From positions 10,416,001 to 10,480,000 of the forward strand of contig OX597817.1 of NCBI GenBank assembly GCA_951406725.2: DNA of 64,000 nucleotides, in the 5' to 3' direction. This document shows, piece by piece, positions 54,712-64,000 of this stretch; the stretch's first letter is position 1, and each line of letters starts with the position of its first letter. Both the position numbers and the translations under genes were made by a program. The DNA comes from Octopus vulgaris. Lineage: Eukaryota. The notes under the pieces were generated by a model that saw only the letters and a program-made list of their open reading frames with translations, had not been told where the DNA came from and ran no database searches.

Positions 54712-54925
54712 GGTGGTGAGCTGGCAGAATCATTAGAGCATTGGACAAAATGCTGAGCAGTATTTCTTTTTGTCTTGTTCCGTTCTGAGTTCAAATTCTG
54801 CCGGGGTCAACTTTGCCTTTCATCCCTCCGGGGTAGATAAAATAAAGCACCAGTCAAATAACGGGGGCCGATGTAATCGACTTGTCCCCCTCCTCTCAAA
54901 ATTGCTGGCCTTGTGTCAAAATTAG
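54710..54925 (+). mobile_element. Meta-type SINE (others at about 2040-2190, 2550-2990, 12445-12540, 17768-17900, 33245-33360, 58480-58565)
   Basis: aggtggtgagctggcagaatc head, B-box-like gagttcaaattc, Meta-like domain. Confidence 0.75.
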
Positions 54926-55581
54926 AAAGAAAGAAAGAATTACTACTACTACTATTATTATTATTATTATTAATATTATTATAATTACCATCATCATCAT
55001 CCTCTTTCTGTCTATAATTATTATTTTCAATATATTTTTATGATGATTATGATTGTTGTTTTTTTTTATTTTGTTTCAGTAATGAGAATTAATTCAAAAC
55101 AAATAAACAAAAATAAAATGCAAGATAAACAAGAAAACATATGCTATATTTTCTACTTTAAAATGGGATTTTATCGTTAGACATAGAATCCTCTTTCAGT
55201 TCTATCTCTGTTTCGAAGGGATTTTCATTGGGGTGATTACTATTTCTTCTTTTATTTGTCTATCATTGACAATAATTAACCAATACGTGAGCAGTGGGTA
55301 AAAGACTAAAAAACTCTGTTAGAAGTAAGTCAGTCTATATACGTGCTCACCTTTTTTTTTTTTTTTGAAAGGGTCAAGAGAAGAACCCATTCTTGTGCAG
55401 ACAGGTGTATGCATTGATTAATGATATATTAGAACAATTAATATATTTGCATATTTCACAAATTGCTTCATTTTTAATACATACATACATGAACTCGCAT
55501 CCATCCATACATACATACATACATGCATTTATGTGCAGGCACATATATATATATATATGTATGTATGTATGTATGTATATG

Positions 55582-55625
<44 letters not shown>

Positions 55626-55684
55626 CATGTATGTACATGTATATGTATGTGTATATATATATATATCTGTCTGTATGTATATGC

Positions 55685-55747
<63 letters not shown>

Positions 55748-55781
55748 TGTATGTATGTATATATGTATGTATATGTATGTG

Positions 55782-55814
<33 letters not shown>

Positions 55815-56776
55815 GTATATATATATATATATGTATTATGTATATATATATGTATGTATATATGTATGAATGTATATCTGAGTGTGTGTGTGTGTGTAAA
55901 CATAGTATGTGTGTGTTTGTGTGACCTTTTATATATTCTACATATGATTAATTACAACATAAAACGATGCAAATTACATTTATTCTGTATATAGGTTATT
56001 GCTTTAATTTTTTTGTGTGTGTGTGTGATTCTCTTTCACTTAACTTATTTTCAGATATACCCTATATCTTTCGGCCATACACATACAAACATTCATTACA
56101 TACACAAACAAAAAAAACACTTTTACTTGCTTACAACAAGATTTACTCAAGATTTATTTTTTATTTATAAACATGCAAAAACAGAAAATATCTATACCAG
56201 GTTTATAATATGGAGTTAAGTCACCCTGACAAGCTAATACTTAAAATCCATTCTATTAGCTTTCAAAATAAATTTTCTGTAAACACATCATGATGAAAAT
56301 GGAAATGGTTTTGATGTAGCCTGGGGAAGAGGGCGAAGACATAGACAAAGTAACTTTAGTTTATTGAACAGACAACACATGTTGTAGAGAATTTTTTTTT
56401 TTTTTGTATATTGGCTTTTTTTTTTTTTGGTGGGGGACAAATGGTGATACTGAGGCCAAGACTAACAGAGTTATCTTCCCTTCCTATAACTGAAAGAGCA
56501 ACAGTCTACTCCGAAAAATATTAATCTGAAAGAAAAAGTAAGAGGAAAAAGGAGAAAAAGAAAGATACCGCCTATATAATAGTGGAAGCAAGTAAGCTGG
56601 CCATGAAAAGGAACTCATGGGCTGAAAAAAACCATATATACATGCATATATGTATGTGTGTGTATGTGTGTGTAAATATATATATACATGCATGCATATC
56701 TGTACGTATATATGTATGTATAAATGTATATATGTATATACATATTTGTGTATGTGAGTGTATGTATATGCATATT

Positions 56777-56807
<31 letters not shown>

Positions 56808-56897
56808 ATGTGTGTGTACATATATATCATCATCATCATCATTTAAAATTCAGTTTTCCATGCTTCAATGGGATGGATAGAGTTTACTACAGCAACT

Positions 56898-56942
<45 letters not shown>

Positions 56943-58942
56943 ATATTTCGGAATGGTCATATATATACAGGGAGAAATTTGCATATATATTTGTGAAGAT
57001 ATATATACACATTCACAAACTTATATGTATGTGTCTACATATATATATACATGCATATATGTGGATATATAAACATATGTACATGTACATGCACAGATGT
57101 ACAGAAATATATGTACATGTGTGTGTGTGTGTGTGTGTGTGCATGTGTGTGTTTGTGTGTGTGGGGGGGGTTTCCTTGTCTTGATAGTGTGTACTGAATT
57201 CATTTTGTCATAGCACCAGAATTTTGTTTGAGAATTTGTTATGTCTTCAACAAAACTGAAGATTTCTCATGATGCCTCACTCAACAGCGTATATTAGGTG
57301 CATTCTGTCATGATACCATCAGGAAAATAGATTGTCATGTCTTTAATAAAACTATAAGAACCTCTATTATCCATATCTCCACTCTCTCTCTGTCTCTTCT
57401 GCCACTTTTCCCATTTTCCTGAAGTGAATTATAGAGGCACCAACTCAAGTGAGGTTGTCTAGCACCCCAAATGATTAGTGAAACCTGACCACTTCATGTG
57501 TTTGTTCACTCAGGTCTACATAGATGGGGTGCTGACTAGAGAATCACTGTGATGACAGAAGAATCATGATGGAAAGGAGAGGCAATCAATTGAGTGAAAT
57601 TATAAAATGGAGTGATTTAAGAAAAGTGTTTGGTGGAAAAAGTGTCAGAATGATGGGTAGTATATGGTGGATAATTGACAGATGTAGAGACAAGAGAGCT
57701 AGAGAAATTAAGGTTTGGATATTGGAGAGATTTGAAGGACAATTAGGTCTAGTGACACCTAGCTGTGCTAAAGGTAAGTGGCCTACTGTCATCCTTGATC
57801 ATGCCAGAAGATTAGTACTGTGACATTGAAAAAAAAGAGAATGATGGAAAGATGAATGATAGATGCATAGGTTGAAGGGACCTAATTGATAGAGACCTGA
57901 GACATCTGTATATGTATGTGTGTGTATAATTTTATTTAGATATACAAACATATACATATATATATACATATATATATACACTTACACACCCATATATATA
58001 TATTTGTATATATATTATGCATAGCAATGTGTGTAAATTATAGAAATGTTTGAAAAAATATTTTTATGCATTGCGTGTATGAAAAATTAGGCAAAATATA
58101 TGAGGTGATACCAGTAAATGAAAATAAAGGGGAAGATACACTACCTTACAGTATATAGATTGTTTAGTGATCCAATAACATTTTGGGAAAGATCCACCTT
58201 TTCAAATAGAATAGGTTGGTAGTAACAAAACATTTCTCAGAATTTCTTTATTACTTCCTTTCTTCAACTTGAAACTGGAAATCTTTCCTGAAATATTTTA
58301 GAAACCAATAATCAAACCATTTGTAGTAATACTTCTTTTTTTTTTTTTTGCTTCCATATATTGATACCACCTTACATGTTTTGTTTAACTTCTCACTTAT
58401 GCTGCTCAAAGAACTGTTTTTGAGTTTAGTAACCAATTGGCAGGGTCATTACAGGGTAATACACAATGTTTTGCTCTAATCATTATGGCTCTCTCTGCTC
58501 TGATTTCAAATCCTGCCAAAGTCGACTTTGTCTTTCATCCTTTTGGGGGTCAATAAATAAAGTCACTTGCGATAATTTTTTCTGTTAGTGTATCTGTCCT
58601 CTTTCTGGAAGAAATCAACTGTAATCTGGGCTGGAGAGGGATGGTCTCCAGCAGGTTTCAAAATGCCCATGACAAGCTGTGTGTCAGAATGCTGCCCCCT
58701 GTAAATCCATCAAGTTGTCAAGGATTCATGACATAGCATGTACGTGCGTGTATTTGTATGTGGTGTGTGTGTGTGTATACACATGTATGTGTATATTTAA
58801 TATTTACAGTTGGAAAAATGTGTACTTAGAATCATGGTAGAAATTACAGATTTTTTAATATTCTGGTTGAGTCAACCTCTTGCCACAATGATTTTAACCT
58901 GCAGGCACAGAAGATCTTCAGGCAAATAATCATTATTCAGGC

Positions 58943-58981
<39 letters not shown>

Positions 58982-59545
58982 CATATATATATATATACAC
59001 ACACACACACATGCACACACACTAATGTATATGTAAATAGATAAATAGACAGATAAGAGAATGTGTGTTATTGATTGAGAAAGTTATTTAAATCCTCCCC
59101 ATAAGGGCAATAACTACTAGTTTCCATTCAAGGTAATATATAAAACCTATTTGGGCTCTCAGCAAACTGCAAGGCCTGCTTATGCCTATGCTGTATACTA
59201 AAATTTCTGAAGCTATTTTTATGGCTTTTGGGAAGTTATATTTCATTCAAGGCATGCATGCAAGAAATTTGGAGTTGAAAAAATATATTACTTTTCTTAG
59301 TTTATTGAAGAATTTATGTGTTCTAACTATTGGAGAAGTAGTTTGCTTCCATGCAATGTTGTTTATTTGTGGTACATAAACAGACATACACTCACACCTA
59401 CGAAAATAATAATGGCAAAATGGGAGGGAAGAGATAGGGAGAGAGATTTGAGGAAGAAAAAATTCAGAAAAACTGAAATTTTGGAAGGTTTTGGGAAAAA
59501 TTTAACCAGAGAAATAACAGGCAAAAAAGGGAATAGAAATGATAA

Positions 59546-59602
<57 letters not shown>

Positions 59603-60289
59603 ATATAAACTTACAAAACCTGCTTTGGAGCAAAATGTTAACTGCACAAAAAGTTTATGAGACAAAATTCAGTCTTATACTTTGATGAAAGTGATGTGTG
59701 TGGATTGTCAAGTGTCTAAATGAGAATTTTCTTTTGTGTGTGCTGGAAGTGAAGATTTCCATCTAGGCATAAAAATATAAATTTGGCTTCCACAAGTTCT
59801 TTAAATTTATACATTTTCTTGTTATCCAGAGCTGACATCTTACTAATGTTGTCTGGATTTTTGAGCGATCTTCTGGCTGATATCAAATCCCATCTCATTT
59901 TCTTTAAACTACCAGAAACTACCAGCAAATAACCATCCATAACTAAGAACAATAGCATGCAGTGTAACAAAATTCAAATTGATAATCAAATAGTAAAACA
60001 ATGTCAGAAAGTAGCAGGTTGTTGAAACTCTGCAAACTAGAGGCTCCAAAGATAATCTCAGCCACAGTCTGAGGTCTCATTACACATTTAAAAGCCAGTC
60101 TGGTCATCTAGGTAAAGTTGCATATCAAAAAAACAAGATGCATTCAGTAGACTACAACTGGTAGACTACTGCTGGGTTTTATGTCCAAATGTGTGATCTT
60201 CTGCTAAGCTGACGGTTCGTTTTGGACGAATGCAAGTGTGACAAGCTGGTGTTGGCATGACTCTTGACTAAATCAGAGAAAGAAAGAGA

Positions 60290-61650
60290 GAGAGAGAGTG
60301 TGTGTGTGTCTGATAGCGAGAGATCGTGTTATTTCCAGCATATCATACCACATGGTGATGAGATACTTTGAAGTGGAGGCTGGCATCCAAGAAGATCACA
60401 ACAGCAGAAAAGACCTAAAAAACGAAGGAGACTAAATGAAGGTTGCATGCATGTGGGAACAACAAGGCAGTGAGTACAGATACCTAATGAATACTTGTAG
60501 GCGAACTGATTAGAGAAAGAAGACAAAGAGGCGGAAGATGTGCCAGGGATAAGTTATAGAAAATATCTGTACGAAATTGTGAAAGAGCAGACAGGAACAA
60601 GAAGTAATTCTTGTATAACAAATTAAGAGAAAGGACAGTCAGACATTGATGATGAGTGAAGAGCAATTAACCAGAGTGTGAAGCATTTACAAAATGTACT
60701 GAAACAACTGTTGTTGTTGTCGTTGTTGTTGTTAAGCAACAAGATGGGTAAGGGTGATTAGGTGATGGTCTAGGGCTTAGGGGGCGGGAGACCCCAGACC
60801 TTGGGAAAAAAAAAACTGTAGTCATCTTGTTGTAGTCGAGGGCTCTTCATTGACGCCCGACACCACTGGGAGGTGGCCCTCGAAGTCGCTGGACATGGAG
60901 ATCTCCAGATCCAAATTCTTGAATGTCTACTGAAACAGCTGGACCCAGGAGACAACTTTGACTTCCTTTAAGAGAGGTCTTCAATATATGATCTGCATGT
61001 AACATTTCAAAACCATCCGTTATGGAAAGAACAAGGCAACAGTGCTAATTGAGGTGACTTTGCCACTGCTTAAACATAGAGGTAATGTAACCGCAAAAGG
61101 AGCTAGAACATCTTTGTGACTTGATGTGATGCAAAGGAGAAGTGGTATAGGCTTGGTGTGGAAGAACCCTGCTGCTTTACCCTGCCAAAGTATACTGCAT
61201 TTTAGCTGTCTGAAGAGTGTAGTTGATAAAAAAAGTATGTGAGGAACAGTGAGGTTCAGGAGCAGAAAGCCGTATGACTGACAAATCCTCACATTACACA
61301 ACATCACTGAGCTGAGCTGGAAATCCAGCCGCTGCTTATGGTAAAAAGACTTTCACAAGAAAAGCACAGGTAGTCTCTATGGGAGATTGTCATGATATGG
61401 AATGTCCCTCGTTATATCAACATCATGCTATCACGTTGCTGTATCAGGATCGAAGATAAGAACATGGAGGTGCACCAAGAATGTGTACTACACCCTTTTT
61501 CCTTCCTGATGAGGGTGGATTTTATCAAGAGAAAGTCCATGAAAGATGCAGTCCATGGCATTGATGGAAACAAGGAAGACTCATAGACCTTGACTTTGTG
61601 AACGATCTTGGATTCCTTAGTACCACAACTTAGCAACAACAGCTCAAAGA
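60290..61650 (+). mobile_element. Highly decayed RTE-type LINE (endonuclease and RT remnants)
   Basis: WTWRSPD, EVHQECVLHPFSFLMRVDFI (GVRQGCVLSP-like), DLDFVNDL (DLDFADD-like). Confidence 0.65.
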
Positions 61651-62485
61651 TTGGTCTTCAGATTAGCAAGAAAAAGACAAACATACTGGTTATTAGTGAC
61701 ATATAGCAGCAGCAATTCCAACAGGTGTGCCAAACTCTGGAGTTTATTGATTTATTTAATATCCTGGGCCATAACATTATTAATGATGGACTGCACCTTT
61801 GTACATAGCTTGTTCAACCTTCAGAAACCATTCCGTTGCATCTAGTTACATTAATGACAGCAAAAGTATTGACAGTGGAACCCTGCCAAAGGTCTTCTCC
61901 AAGTCTACAAATGCCAACTGTAATCATTTACTGTTAGCTAAATATTTCCTTTGCAGATTTCTTTGAAGATTTCTTGTGTAGTAACTCTCTCAAACATAAA
62001 GCCAAACTCAACTCAACAATGTGTGTGTGTGTGTATGTGTGCGTGTGTGTGTGTGTATGCTTGTTGTCATATATATAAAATACAGTGTACATTTAAACAC
62101 ATAAGGAATCCATATTGGGATTCAACACGCTAGAAAGAACAGCTAGGTTCTATAACCACAAAATTAGGGATAAAATTCGACAGGAATGAAATGAAATAAT
62201 AAAAACATTTTACCATCTAGTTTCCTGAACCAATTGGTTTCTGATTTTAGTTTAGTAGCTAAATAACATTTATCCGCTAGGTGAAATCGTCCTCAACAGG
62301 TACACCTTGGGTTAAATATATAAACACAAGGCAATCAAACTATGTGCCTCTTGTTTATACGTCCTAATTTTTTCAAAATCTAATGTGCAGACACAGCCCT
62401 TCGCCGGCAATAAAAAGAAAGTATACACACACACACATATATATAACGTACATACATATATATATGTGTACATATATATATAATG

Positions 62486-62551
<66 letters not shown>

Positions 62552-62662
62552 CATCATCATCATCATCATCGTTTAGCATCCGTTTTCCATGCTAGCATGG
62601 GTTGGACAGTTCTACTGGGGTCTGTGAAGCCAGAAGGCTTCATCAGGCCCAGTCAAATATGG

Positions 62663-62707
<45 letters not shown>

Positions 62708-62712
62708 GTATG

Positions 62713-62749
<37 letters not shown>

Positions 62750-64000
62750 ATATATATATATGTATGTATGTATACACACATACAGAAAAAGGTACAAGAC
62801 AAGAGAAGAAGATGAATTATTTATTTATAACATCTTTACACGTGTTTCAGTGAGACATACACTATGATTACACGAGATAAAAATTACATCTGTGGAAAAG
62901 TTACGTAAGATTAATCTTATGTAATCGTTGGGTAAATACAAACCGAAATATAATAGAACATGTTATAAATAAATGTTTTAACACTATTTTCTTCTAACTT
63001 GTACTTCTTCTCCACATTCAATGACCATTATAGCCGACAAACTTATAATACAAATTATCTGTGTAGCAACATGACTTCTCATTGCCAGGCATCCTCTTTT
63101 TTGAGTGCAATGGAATTTATGGAGTTCTAACTCAAGGGTAATATGTCATGCAATTAAAAGGGGGCTCTATAAATATAACGTATGTATGTGAGCATGTGTG
63201 TATATATATATCTGTACACATTTATATGTGTGTGTGTGTTTGTGTGTGTGAGCCATATATTTATACGCTTGTGTAGTTAAGAGCTTTGCTTTGCAACTAT
63301 GCAGCCATGAAATTTTGGTTTTGATTCCATTTAGATAAGTGTCTTCAGTTATAGCTCCGGACTGACCAAAGATTTCTGATTGGTTCTGGTAGGTGGAAAA
63401 TTTTAAAAAGGACCATGTTGTGTTCGCATGTGTATTTAATTTAAATTTAATTTAATTTAATTTTTGGGGGGCTCAAAAAGCAAAAGCAAGGCCATGTAGG
63501 GGGACATGGAGTTATGTGTACGTATGTAAATGTATGAGCATGCATATCTATGTATCTGTGTGTTGGTTTACATCTGCCAATCAGTCAAAAGTCATGACAT
63601 ACTCGTAGTGTTTTGTTGGTTGAATATTAAACAAATATATGTATATAAGAATGCTTCCTGCACATGCCCTAAAAAGGGTTAGCTTTGTTGGCTTTGAAAT
63701 ACTTGACTGCCAGATTTTATGAAGTTTGTGTCCAGCACTACAGGCTACTTACTTGCATGTTTGGAAGTCCATTTTGCTCTCAATAATATAGAAGCCAAGG
63801 GACATGAAGTCACTGATACCCTTGCACTGTGTGTCATAGTTGGAACAAAATTTGTAGGTGGCATTCATATACATTAAAGATCTTATATTCAGTCTTCATT
63901 GTTTTGAGGAACAAAAGCAGCAGCATTCTCGTAGGATGCTAATAAGTTTAGCACATCAAACAGTTGAGGTATGTTAGAGGCAAGATCATCAGTATAGTCA

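Overview
This is AT-rich, microsatellite- and transposon-dense eukaryotic DNA. The SINE, LINE and microsatellite content points to a coleoid cephalopod, most likely Octopus (inference from repeat families, no database search). Almost all ORFs in the supplied track are microsatellite or transposon artefacts. The only well-supported host coding signal is two phase-compatible + strand exons (47581-47724 and 51325-51494) encoding a Ser/Thr/Pro-rich segment of an unidentified protein, followed by a SINE-poor stretch resembling a long 3' UTR. The rest includes tRNA-derived SINEs (CORE-type and Meta-type), 5'-truncated RTE LINE tails, decayed R4/Dong, HERO-like and Tx1-like LINEs, a Penelope GIY-YIG fragment, three non-autonomous Helitrons, mariner derivatives and nested hAT MITEs. 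The most notable signal is a cluster of four minimal type I hammerhead-ribozyme motifs at 29.8-38.1 kb, all on the + strand. Two of them sit in the loop of long inverted repeats (79 and 105 bp arms). Coordinates of decayed repeats are approximate.
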